From Candidatus Acidiferrales bacterium (GTDB lineage: Bacteria > Acidobacteriota > Terriglobia > Acidiferrales > UBA7541), in assembly GCA_963748515.1 (NCBI GenBank), contig CAVVJI010000010.1, forward strand, positions 39,330 through 103,329: a stretch of 64,000 nucleotides of DNA, written 5' to 3'. A program made the translations under genes and the position numbers. Of this stretch, positions 50,719 through 60,143 are shown piece after piece; within the stretch, counting starts at the first letter, position 1; each line of letters begins with the position of its first letter. Below the pieces are notes generated by a model. The model ran no database searches. It was not told where the DNA came from and saw only the letters and a program-made list of their open reading frames with translations.

Positions 50719-51550
50719 TGGCGGAAGCTAGCTCTGGCCTGGTGCCTTTTGCGAAGTTCGTGGAGGCGGTTGAACCGTGGCTCGGTCGGGTAGTGCTGAT
50801 CGGAGGGTGGGCGCATCGCTCGTATCGGCTGGATCGACGCGCAAGAAAATTGCCTTACCTTCCCATCACGACGATAGATTTAGACGTGGCGGTCCCCGCA
50901 AGACTCGAAGTCAAGGAATCGACCATCCGTGAGCGGATGCTAAAAGCCGGTTTCGTGGAAGAGTTCGTTGGCGAGGATCGTCCGTCGGCAACTCACTATC
51001 ATTACGGGAAAGAGAGCGGCTTCTACGCGGAGTTTTTGTCGCCGCTCATCGGAAGGGAATATGACGCCTGGGAAAGCGCAAGGCGACCAGGGAAGTCGCA
51101 GGTGTTTCTTCGCAGCAGCTTCGCTACATCGAGATTTTAATGTTCGAGCCTTGGAAGATGGTCTTGGGCGAACCGGACGGATACCCTTTTGCACCCGCCA
51201 AGAAGGTGTTGGTTGCAAATCCCGCCAGCTTCATCGCTCAGAAGATCCTCATTTATGACGAACGGAATGACCGAGACCGTGCGAAGGACTTTCTCTACAT
51301 CCACGACACCATTGAAGTGTTTTCTGAGCATTTGGAGGACTTGCGGACGATCTACCAGACAGTCCTCCGGCCGAAACTACACTCCAATCGGCACTCGCAA
51401 TTACAGGGGGCTGCAGACGGTTACTTCGGGAAGGTAACTGATACGGTGCGCGAGGCTGCCCGCATGGCCGCCACAGGGCGGCGCCTGGACCCGGAAGCTC
51501 TGGCAGAAACGAGCCGGGCAGGATTGCAGGAAATCTTTCGCAAGGCGTGA
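50715..51550 (+). CDS. Nucleotidyltransferase-fold (AbiEii/GSU2403-like) toxin candidate (frameshift near 51065)
   Basis: VLIGGWA, TIDLDV (GG...DxD), NPASFIAQK, RAKD; ATGA overlap with the upstream gene; adding one C at about 51065 joins both ORFs. Confidence 0.7.
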
Positions 51551-51635
51551 CAGCAAAGTCGCTTCCTGCAGGGTGGAACGGAGGCGATCGTTCCGGGAAA
51601 CGATGGTCAGCAATGCGGCATTGGCCCTGTTTCTG

Positions 51636-52034
51636 TCAACACGCCCTGGTTCTTGCTCGGCTTGCATGTTTTTTTTGACTGATCGCTTTGGCTACCGATA
51701 GCAAGAGATCCCTATCCGATCCGTTCATCTTAGCTGCCGCCTGCCGGAGCTTGCCAAATAATCGCAAGCCCTTCCCTCGGGAGGCCCAGTCGGGCTCTGT
51801 GGGATTGCTCGCAGGGCTAATGGTGGCAGGTTCTTCATTTCCATCATAAAACAGCTGGTATATAAGGATCTCTAGGGCTCTGGAAAGTTTCTCTAGGGTT
51901 TCAATGGATGGAACGGTGTGGCCGTTTTCGACGCGAGATATATAACAGCGCAGCAGTCCTGTTCGGTGTTCCACATCGCCTTGCGAAAGTCCCTTAAACT
52001 CTCTAATTTCCCGGAGCCGGCTTCCTATGTCCAT
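51636..52034 (-). CDS. XRE-family HTH transcriptional regulator
   Basis: LSQGDVEHRTGLLRCYISRVENGHTVPSIETL. Confidence 0.9.
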   Translation of the reverse strand: MDIGSRLREIREFKGLSQGDVEHRTGLLRCYISRVENGHTVPSIETLEKLSRALEILIYQLFYDGNEEPATISPASNPTEPDWASRGKGLRLFGKLRQAAAKMNGSDRDLLLSVAKAISQKKHASRARTRAC

Positions 52035-52221
52035 AACGCCTCTCCTGTGTATACCTATAGGCTCGGAGCTAGATATACACATAAGTATATATTAAAAAGT
52101 CTTAAATAGAAAGAACTTGTTACCGATGCCATGATTAAATTCCGTGCGTTCACGCCTATCCGATCTGCAATGCAACGGAAGGTGCGGTTCCGATGGATTC
52201 CCGGGCTGGCTGTAGAGGTCT

Positions 52222-52836
52222 TCACACCGGAGCCCGATTCATCACGTCAGGAACGCAATTAGTTCGGACAATCTTGGCGGGATTACCGACGACCGTCGAG
52301 TATGGCGGAACGCTTTTCGTGACAAACGCTCCGCCAGCGATACGGCTGCCACGGCCGACCGTTACTCCACCGATGATTATCGCGTAAGGGCCCACGAAGA
52401 CGTCATCCTCGATCACTGGATAAAGGGTCTGTCGCGCTCCAGTTCTCGACACTTTTTGCCGTTGGCCGATTACGACGCCATGGAGTAGCGTCACGTTTTT
52501 TCCAACCCGGACTTGACTGCTTATGCGAGTTCCAAGAGCGTGCGTGAGCGCCAAACCAGGTCCGATCTCGGTACTCCACTGCAAGCCAAGACGTGCCCGA
52601 TAGCTTGCCAAACGATGAATCAACTTAAAACAAGGCAATGCAATCCGAACAATGCGGTTGGAACCGGCCACGGATTGACAAACACGCAAGGTGACGAGGG
52701 CGCGGAAAGTGTCATCCAGGAGTGCGCCTCCCAACAGGTGTCCCCAGGTGAATCGCCCGTGAAGTCGGACGGTATCAGCCTTCAGGGCGTCCCACGAGGT
52801 GATTTTGCGACCTATGGGTTGGTCCGTCGTGGTCAC
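52222..52836 (-). CDS. Serine-acetyltransferase-like (WcaB/CysE family) polysaccharide O-acetyltransferase
   Basis: Hexapeptide repeats, PVIEDDVFVG, VVGNPAK. Confidence 0.8.
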   Translation of the reverse strand: MTTTDQPIGRKITSWDALKADTVRLHGRFTWGHLLGGALLDDTFRALVTLRVCQSVAGSNRIVRIALPCFKLIHRLASYRARLGLQWSTEIGPGLALTHALGTRISSQVRVGKNVTLLHGVVIGQRQKVSRTGARQTLYPVIEDDVFVGPYAIIIGGVTVGRGSRIAGGAFVTKSVPPYSTVVGNPAKIVRTNCVPDVMNRAPV

Positions 52837-53765
52837 CGGAGAGCTCCGTAGACTGCTGCAGAGCTCGTAGCGGCCAAAATGATGGGCAGACTTCGGTACC
52901 CGATGGATTTGGTCATGCTGTTGGGAATGAAGAGAATGTCCTCCGCCTGCATTTGCTGATCGCTTTCTTTGCCCTCCATAATCCGTTTCAAGGCAATCGG
53001 CACCAACTTTACGAATCCGGAAGGTTGTTTGCGGATGAGTTTGGCGCTGTTCAACGCTGCCGTTGATTGCACTCCGGAAGCCATGGCGACCGCCTCCAGT
53101 ATTGTCAAGTTGCCGCCATTCTGCATAACGTAGCCGCCAGCTCGATAGACGTCACCTAGCACATACACGATGCCAGCGCGCGCCACAATCACCTTGTCTC
53201 CCGGGTAGAGTTCGATGTCGTTTGCCAACGAAACATCGGGGTCCCGCGAAAGTGTTACCGTACTGATGCTCCCGTCGGTTCGCTCGACCTTAGCCTCATT
53301 TGCGGCGGTAGGAGTGATGCCGCCTGCTTCGGAGAGGACGCTCAGAAAGGTGCGCCTTCCAAGAACTTGGTACACACCTGGTTTGAAAACCTCGCCATAT
53401 ACGGATACGCCCTGTGTGGCGTATTCGCGGATGAACACCGCAATCTTCGGATTCACCAGGAAATCAGCTTTCGTGTAGCGGTCCGCGATGAGGTCTTGGC
53501 TCTGTTCCGAAGTCAAGCCTCCGAGGTGGACGCGCCCAATGAGAAGGAATGTTGCATTGCCTACGTCGTCGACCCGTACGCTTTGCGACAATTCCGGAAC
53601 ATCCAATACCTTGAGATCGATGAGGTCGCCGGTGCCGATTTCAATTCTTGGCGGTAGCTGAGATTGTGCTGGTATTCCTTGTGCAGCGGCGCTGGGCGAA
53701 TCCACGGTCAACACACTTACAACCACCATAACGCAGGCAGAAAACGACAGGGTAATGCGTCTCAT
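52833..53765 (-). CDS. Polysaccharide export protein (Wza/SLBB family)
   Basis: IGTGDLI, VYGEVFKPG, VYVLGDV, SLBB repeats. Confidence 0.88.
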   Translation of the reverse strand: MRRITLSFSACVMVVVSVLTVDSPSAAAQGIPAQSQLPPRIEIGTGDLIDLKVLDVPELSQSVRVDDVGNATFLLIGRVHLGGLTSEQSQDLIADRYTKADFLVNPKIAVFIREYATQGVSVYGEVFKPGVYQVLGRRTFLSVLSEAGGITPTAANEAKVERTDGSISTVTLSRDPDVSLANDIELYPGDKVIVARAGIVYVLGDVYRAGGYVMQNGGNLTILEAVAMASGVQSTAALNSAKLIRKQPSGFVKLVPIALKRIMEGKESDQQMQAEDILFIPNSMTKSIGYRSLPIILAATSSAAVYGALR

Positions 53766-53807
53766 AAAATCTCCTGATGTAGTTAGATTCTTGGCAATCG
53801 ACAGGTA

Positions 53808-56153
53808 CTATGCAGCACCGATTGCCGAATTGTGGGCGTACCCGTAATAGGAACTGTAATCCGAGGAATCCAGTTCAATGCTATTGATGATCAGCCCGAG
53901 GGCCCGTGGCTTGCTGTTACGAAGCAGGAAGCTGGCTCGGAGCAGAGACTGCTTGTGGGTAATACGCGATCTGGCGATGAGGATCGACACGTCGCAGCAG
54001 GGAGCGAGAACGATGGCATCGGTGACCGCCAGGGCGGCGGGCGTATCGAATACGATAAATTCATACTCAGTCCGCCATTGGCTTATCAGTTGTTTCATGC
54101 GGGCGGAACCAAGCAATTCAGCGGGATAACTGGGCGAAGGGCCGGCCGGAACGACCGATAAGCTCGGCAAGTCCGGCAATTTAATGGGTAATTCCCGACA
54201 AACCTCCCCTTGGATCATGGACGTCAAGCCTTTGGTGCCAGCGAGGTTCAGTAGCCTATGAAACTTGGGTTTCCGAAGATCGGCTTCCACCAGCAGAACC
54301 TTACTGCCCTGTTGCGCGAAAACGGCGGCGCAGTTCAACGCGATGGTAGTTTTTCCTTCGCCCGGTAGCGCGCTGGTCATGAGCATCACGGTGGTCGTTC
54401 CGGGACGAATGGACTGGCTAATTGCCGTACGAACAGCGCGAAAAGCCTCTGCCGAATGACAGTGGGGGTGCGAAATTGCCAGGATATTTTCTGGGTTGAT
54501 CCTGGAAAGCGGTTTCACCACTTGTAATTTTTTTGCTGATTTCCATCCGGGAATCATGCCGAGCGTGGGCAGCATGGTGAGGCGTTCCGCATCGTCGCCA
54601 GTGGTTACGGATTCATCCAGGTTCTCCGCTAAAAGCCCCGAACCGACTCCCAGAAGCAATCCTCCAAGCAGTCCCGCGGCCAAACACATCGGAATCGAAG
54701 GCTTGGCTGGCCGGTCCGAAGGGCGTGCCGGATCGATGACCAAGATGTTGGTAGAGTGGAGACCGGCCAGCAATCCAGCTTCTTTGAGTTTTTTCAACAA
54801 TCCGTCATAAAGATCACGGTTGGATTCGACTTCGTGTCGTAGGATCGTATATCGGATCGCTTTGTCGTTCAGTTTGTTAGCCGCTTCCTTCTCATGTTCA
54901 AACGATACTCGCAGGGCTGACTCGGCGTTGCTGGCAGTCAGAAAATCGTTCTCTGCTTTTGTTCTGAGGCGGGACACCTCTTCTTGCAAGGCGACTTCCA
55001 CCTCTTTTCTTTGATTCTGCAATTCTTGGAGCTTTGGGTAGGCGGGCCCAAATTTCCCCATATCATTCGCGTATTGAAGGTCGATTTGCTGCTTTTGGGC
55101 GCGCAAGTTCTCCAAAGGAACAAGCGCGTCTTTGGAGACCACCGAGCCGATAGCAATGGATGGGGCGGCGAGTCCGGAAATAAATTCCGGATTTTGGGAA
55201 CGCACGACTTGCACCACGGCGTCTGAAAGGATCCGGTTATTTTCGGAGATCATTAGTTGGCGATTGAGTTCCTCCAATCGGCTCATCACGATGTTGTGGG
55301 TTTCGTCGGTGCCCAGAATTCCGACCTCTTTCTGGTAATCGACCATTTGTTGTTGTGAAGTAAGTAGTTCGTTCTTAAGGACCGCCAGTTGGTTTGCGAG
55401 CCAACCGGAGGATTCGAGTGTGGCGGCGTAGTGGCTCTCGAAGTATTGGTCCTTATAATCACTGATCAAACGATTGGTGATCGCGGCGGCGATTTGGGGG
55501 TCCGGATTCAGAAACTTGATCGCGGTCATCTGGGTCCCAGGTATAGGCTCGACCTTGAGGGCCTTCCGCCAAGCCTTCAGAACATTGGTGCGCCGGTAGG
55601 GTGCTTGCTCCAGGGGCAAATAAGATTCATCGGGAAGGCGGCGAAACCAGTCCACAATGGACTGTCGGCGGGAGAATTCCGGACGACTCTCGAGATTCAA
55701 CTCCTGAATCACACGTAAGGCCAGACTATCGCTCTCCAGAACTCTTGCCTGTGTCAACTGAATTAGGCTGTATTCCGAAGAGCTGGCCCCGTCCGCATTG
55801 TCACGCGACTGATCCAAGTCGATCTGCGCGACGTTCTGTCGATTGAATTCGACAATTGCTGTCGATTGATACTTTGACGGCGACAACACGAAGTAAAGCG
55901 CGGTCAGAACGAAAACGGATATGGCCACCCTCCCGATTACTTTCTTGCGCCGGCAAAGAATTCGCCACATTCCGACAAACGAGATCTCCGGCTCCTCCTG
56001 CCGGTTGGCGAGGCGACGAGTCATGTTCCGCGACTCTAGAATGGACGTGCTTTCAACTGCTTCGGGAGAATGCGGAGCAAGAAGTTCGGTTGTCATCTTG
56101 GTGTTTCCTTTCGCGCTTTTGTGGCCTATCAACGAAGACCGGGTTCGCTCCAT
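53808..56153 (-). CDS. Polysaccharide co-polymerase / BY-kinase (Wzc/GumC family)
   Basis: Two TM helices, coiled coil, TSALPGEGKTT, ADLRKP, FDTP, C-terminal Tyr cluster YSSYYGY. Confidence 0.93.
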   Translation of the reverse strand: MERTRSSLIGHKSAKGNTKMTTELLAPHSPEAVESTSILESRNMTRRLANRQEEPEISFVGMWRILCRRKKVIGRVAISVFVLTALYFVLSPSKYQSTAIVEFNRQNVAQIDLDQSRDNADGASSSEYSLIQLTQARVLESDSLALRVIQELNLESRPEFSRRQSIVDWFRRLPDESYLPLEQAPYRRTNVLKAWRKALKVEPIPGTQMTAIKFLNPDPQIAAAITNRLISDYKDQYFESHYAATLESSGWLANQLAVLKNELLTSQQQMVDYQKEVGILGTDETHNIVMSRLEELNRQLMISENNRILSDAVVQVVRSQNPEFISGLAAPSIAIGSVVSKDALVPLENLRAQKQQIDLQYANDMGKFGPAYPKLQELQNQRKEVEVALQEEVSRLRTKAENDFLTASNAESALRVSFEHEKEAANKLNDKAIRYTILRHEVESNRDLYDGLLKKLKEAGLLAGLHSTNILVIDPARPSDRPAKPSIPMCLAAGLLGGLLLGVGSGLLAENLDESVTTGDDAERLTMLPTLGMIPGWKSAKKLQVVKPLSRINPENILAISHPHCHSAEAFRAVRTAISQSIRPGTTTVMLMTSALPGEGKTTIALNCAAVFAQQGSKVLLVEADLRKPKFHRLLNLAGTKGLTSMIQGEVCRELPIKLPDLPSLSVVPAGPSPSYPAELLGSARMKQLISQWRTEYEFIVFDTPAALAVTDAIVLAPCCDVSILIARSRITHKQSLLRASFLLRNSKPRALGLIINSIELDSSDYSSYYGYAHNSAIGAA

Positions 56154-57316
56154 TACGGAAGGTTGGAGCTTGTTCGGCTCTGCCAGCCCCAGGCTGGCCG
56201 CAAGGGTGCTTCGTCAAATGCCGTGCGGATCGCCGTGCAAACATCGGTAGGCTTCAAATTCGAATCGAACGGCAATGGCCGGACCGGAAGTCCGTCCGAC
56301 CGAGGGCTGCGCCGGGCCATCCAGGTATAGCGGTTGCTGAGCCCCCAAGTGAGGATGGCCTTTAGCGCCGGAGACTTGAGCGCGCAAGAAAGGTGGTCAT
56401 AATAGCGTTTTGCAACCAACCGGTCACGTTCTGCGATGTTGCCAATAATGTCCTGGTCGAATACATCCATCTCGGTTATCAAAATAGCAAGACCCATGTC
56501 GGATACTTGCGCGAGAAAACGCTGGAAGTCAGGGCCGCCAAGCAGCCCAGCCGAAGGAAGGTGAGATTGAATACCCAACGCATGAACAGGCACAGAATTT
56601 CGGAGAAGGTTTCGTAGCAGCGCGAGGACCCGTTGGCGTTTGATTTGTGTTTGCGGGGTGTCTATTTCCAACCGATCTTCGTTGTAGACCAGAAACGCGT
56701 GCGGGTCCGCCTGGTGCGCGGCATGAAAGGCGATCGCGATATAATCCGGCCCCACCAGCTTTAACCAAGGACTGAGTCGCAAGCCGTCCTGTCGTCCGTC
56801 CTGAACCTCCACGGCTTCGTTCACCACGTCCCAAGAATGTAGTCGACCTGCGTAGCGTCCGGCCACGGACGCTATGTGGGATTCCAATAGGCGTTTGGCA
56901 TTCTGTGCGGTTGCGACGGTTGGGAACCAGGTGGGAAGCGCTTCGTGCCAAACCAGGACATGCCCGCGCGCAAGCAAGTGATTCGTCTCCGCAAACCGTA
57001 GGTAAGCGTCGGCTTGCGAGAAATCGAAGCGCTCCGGGCTGGGCTGCAGGGTATCCCATTTCAACTGCCAGCCGGGAGCCACGATGGAGCTTTGGCTAGC
57101 TACCAAAGCTGCGAAGGGACGATCATCGCTCACGTAGCTTCCCACTTCTGCCCCGTAGAGCAGGCCCTTGGCCCGCGCTGCAGCGCTCAGGGTTTGCAAA
57201 CCGGACATTTCGCTACTTGCCAGTTTGTAAGCCGCCGCGAAAGCTCCCGCACCGGCCAAAAACGAGCGGCGACCGAATTTGTTTCTGCGCATCTCGATTT
57301 CTGTAGAAGGCGTCAT
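56153..57316 (-). CDS. GH10 glycoside hydrolase (endo-1,4-beta-xylanase family) with Tat signal
   Basis: RRSFL Tat motif, RGHVLVWH, WDVVNE (acid/base), ITEMD (nucleophile). Confidence 0.9.
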   Translation of the reverse strand: MTPSTEIEMRRNKFGRRSFLAGAGAFAAAYKLASSEMSGLQTLSAAARAKGLLYGAEVGSYVSDDRPFAALVASQSSIVAPGWQLKWDTLQPSPERFDFSQADAYLRFAETNHLLARGHVLVWHEALPTWFPTVATAQNAKRLLESHIASVAGRYAGRLHSWDVVNEAVEVQDGRQDGLRLSPWLKLVGPDYIAIAFHAAHQADPHAFLVYNEDRLEIDTPQTQIKRQRVLALLRNLLRNSVPVHALGIQSHLPSAGLLGGPDFQRFLAQVSDMGLAILITEMDVFDQDIIGNIAERDRLVAKRYYDHLSCALKSPALKAILTWGLSNRYTWMARRSPRSDGLPVRPLPFDSNLKPTDVCTAIRTAFDEAPLRPAWGWQSRTSSNLP

Positions 57317-58104
57317 TTGGGGTGAGTGCGCAGAGGCAAATCGTGACTCGCACTACGCAGATGTTGTTTGCAAAGCAGGAGGAACAGGAACCACGGCTCT
57401 ACGAGATAGCGACGCCACAGGCGGCCCGGTTCCGTCAAGAGACGGCACAGCCACTCGAGTCCGAGCTGACCTAACCACCGTGGGGGTGTCGGGATTACGC
57501 CGGCCACATAATCCAGGGCAGCGCCGCAGCAAAAGGCTACATTGCAATGTAGATCGCCCCAGTTATCGTAGAGCCAGTTTTCTTGTCGAGGCATGCCCAT
57601 GCCCACCATCAGGATTTGGGGCGCGAAGGAATTGATCTCGGCCACGACGCTGCGATTGTCGCCGCCGGTTTTGTCCGCGCAAAAGTGTCCGTGTCTGGCA
57701 CTGATGCGCAAGCGAGGATATTGCCGCGCCAGTTTTCCGAGGGCCCTATCCGTTGCGGCTGGCTGTGAGCCAAGATAGAACACTTTCCAACCATGTTCTT
57801 GGGCCGCGGCAAAGAGCAGAGGTAGCAGATCGACGTACGTAGCTCGATGCTCACGCTGCATTGGGAGGCCCAGGAGACGCGCCAAGCCTACGATGCCCAT
57901 GCCATCGACATGCACCCAATCCACGCTATCGAAGAATTTGCGGGCCTTTGCGTCATGGTGGTAAATATAAACGCTATGTAAATTATGATTGGCGATAATA
58001 CGGCGCTCGTTTTTACGGATGAACTGCGCTGTCAGATATGCGATTTCATCTGCGGTCAGCGGCTGCAGGCGAACGTCCAGTACCGTGTAGGTGGTTACGC
58101 TCAT
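57313..58104 (-). CDS. WecB/TagA/CpsF glycosyltransferase (GT26)
   Basis: VDGM, VGMGMPRQE, LEWLCRL..EP.RLWRRY. Confidence 0.92.
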   Translation of the reverse strand: MSVTTYTVLDVRLQPLTADEIAYLTAQFIRKNERRIIANHNLHSVYIYHHDAKARKFFDSVDWVHVDGMGIVGLARLLGLPMQREHRATYVDLLPLLFAAAQEHGWKVFYLGSQPAATDRALGKLARQYPRLRISARHGHFCADKTGGDNRSVVAEINSFAPQILMVGMGMPRQENWLYDNWGDLHCNVAFCCGAALDYVAGVIPTPPRWLGQLGLEWLCRLLTEPGRLWRRYLVEPWFLFLLLCKQHLRSASHDLPLRTHPK

Positions 58105-58130
58105 TTGCTTGGCGGTGAAGTTCGAGAGTT

Positions 58131-59198
58131 CTAGCGGTCACGCAAGATCTGTTCGTACCCTTGGACCATAGTCGCTACGGTGAAGGTGCGAGCCCGTTGC
58201 GCTGCTTGCTTTCCCATTTCCGAAGCAAGTCGGGAATCGCGCAGCACCCGTTTCACTGCGGCGGCAAACACTAAGGAATCTGACGGGGTTACCAAGCCTG
58301 TTCCGTTCAGCAATTCGCGGTTGGCCGGTATGTCGGTGGCGACAATGGTCATGCCGACGGCCATGGCTTCGAGCAGGGCCAGGGGCATAGCTTCTTGTTT
58401 CGACGGAAACACAAATACGTCGCAACTGCGCATGACAGCCAAGACATGTTCCGGGCAAATCTCACCAAGGAAAGTTACGCGATCCAGCAGGCTGCTGTTC
58501 TGGGCGCGACGCTTGATCTCCTCTTTTCGTTCCCCATCGCCAACCAGAATCAGGTTTGCTTCCGGAATTCTGGAGAGCATGTCGAGGAGCAGGTCATGAT
58601 TTTTTTCGGTTGCGAATCTTCCGACGTGTAGGAGCCTTGGTCGAGGACAATGAAGAGGGAGATGGAACTCCGAGCCGTGTTCCGAGCTGCTGGCAATGTC
58701 GATTCCGTTGTAAATGCGACGGACGATTTTCCGGTAAGACCATGGGTAAGCGCGCATGGAATTCACAACCGCGTCGGACACCGCCACTTGGGTGGTATAG
58801 ACGCCGCTCGAACCGCAAAGCCAATCGGCATAGCGTCCAGGCGAGGGAAAGGTGTCCACGGGACTGTGCTGGACGGCAATTCGGATCGGAATTCGAAGGA
58901 AATGAGCAACTGTGAGTCCAAGAACGTTTGCGTAATGGGTATGGGTCACTACGGCGTCAGGTCTCGAATGACGCATCCAGGCGTCGATTCTCGACGTGAT
59001 CTGCGGGTAATCCGTTGGGCTCGGGGGACCGTCCCACAAACAACAAACGCCTGGCTCGTTTTCGTAGGAAGGCCTTTTTCTGTATAAGAAACACAATTGT
59101 GAATCGTAACCAAGATCCGCGAAAGCGCGGTGCAATAGATAGGCAACTCGCTGTGCTCCGCCCCTCTCCATTTGCGTGACGATTTGCGCAACTTTCAT
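58131..59198 (-). CDS. GT4 glycosyltransferase
   Basis: GGAQR, IYNG, VGR...KN, EAMPLALLEAMA (EX7E). Confidence 0.92.
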   Translation of the reverse strand: MKVAQIVTQMERGGAQRVAYLLHRAFADLGYDSQLCFLYRKRPSYENEPGVCCLWDGPPSPTDYPQITSRIDAWMRHSRPDAVVTHTHYANVLGLTVAHFLRIPIRIAVQHSPVDTFPSPGRYADWLCGSSGVYTTQVAVSDAVVNSMRAYPWSYRKIVRRIYNGIDIASSSEHGSEFHLPLHCPRPRLLHVGRFATEKNHDLLLDMLSRIPEANLILVGDGERKEEIKRRAQNSSLLDRVTFLGEICPEHVLAVMRSCDVFVFPSKQEAMPLALLEAMAVGMTIVATDIPANRELLNGTGLVTPSDSLVFAAAVKRVLRDSRLASEMGKQAAQRARTFTVATMVQGYEQILRDR

Positions 59199-60124
59199 AT
59201 GGGTCTCTGAAAACCCCGACGTAATTTATGGCGCGTGGCGCGTGGCAAGAGCCCCATTCCTACGTAAAGAAGCAGGTTGAATGGGTCAGGCCTTCCGTTG
59301 CGCAGGGATTCCAGCGGCAAAGTCAGGTACTCCCACAGGGATGCTTGCCGGGAAGCTTGGTCGGCTACGACGGTGAGGATAAAGGCGGCATACGCGCGGG
59401 GGCTGACATACACGCGTCGCTCGCGGATCCAATTGAGGGAGAAACGCCAATCATCGGTACTACTCAGTCCCTGACGGTTATTTCCCATTCGTACCAGGGC
59501 CAGCGGTTCCTCCGAGAACTCGAAAGCCACATCCTTGCGGGCAGCCACGCGAACCATCCAATCCCAGTCTTCATGACGTTTCAGTCCAGAATTGAGAGGA
59601 ACCAGCATCAGCAGTTCTCTGGGCGCCATAATGGTGGGAGTCGCAATGAATCCTTCACCCTGGAAAAGAGTTCGTCGGCTGAACAGGTAGTCGCCGAGCG
59701 ACTCATTGTTTGCCGGTAGCCGGCGTGGCCAAACATAGTTACGTTCCGATGTGCGGGCCAGAAAACGGCAAGAAACGACGGGAAACTGGTGGCGAGAGTT
59801 GCTGGCAACAGCCAACTGACGTTCCGTCTTCTCGGGCAGCCACTGGTCGTCGTCATCGAGGAAAGCGATCCATTGTCCATGAGCCGCGGAGATACCTGCG
59901 TTTCTGGCGCCGGCCGCCCCCCGCCCCTCGCGCAGCGAGATTACGCGAACTCGCGTATCGCGGAATTGAGATAGAGAGGCTTCGGTCGCGGGGTCAAACC
60001 CATCGATCACCACGATCACTTCGATATTGCGATAGGTTTGCGACAACGCACTGTGCACCGCTTGTGCCACCAAGTTGGGCCTGTTGCGTGTCGGGATAAC
60101 CGCAGTTACGAGAGGAGTGTCCAT
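59195..60124 (-). CDS. GT2 glycosyltransferase
   Basis: VIPTRNR, VVIDG, ARNAG, FLDDDD, EDWDW. Confidence 0.92.
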   Translation of the reverse strand: MDTPLVTAVIPTRNRPNLVAQAVHSALSQTYRNIEVIVVIDGFDPATEASLSQFRDTRVRVISLREGRGAAGARNAGISAAHGQWIAFLDDDDQWLPEKTERQLAVASNSRHQFPVVSCRFLARTSERNYVWPRRLPANNESLGDYLFSRRTLFQGEGFIATPTIMAPRELLMLVPLNSGLKRHEDWDWMVRVAARKDVAFEFSEEPLALVRMGNNRQGLSSTDDWRFSLNWIRERRVYVSPRAYAAFILTVVADQASRQASLWEYLTLPLESLRNGRPDPFNLLLYVGMGLLPRATRHKLRRGFQRPI

Positions 60125-60143
60125 TCGCTGGATTCAACTTTCG

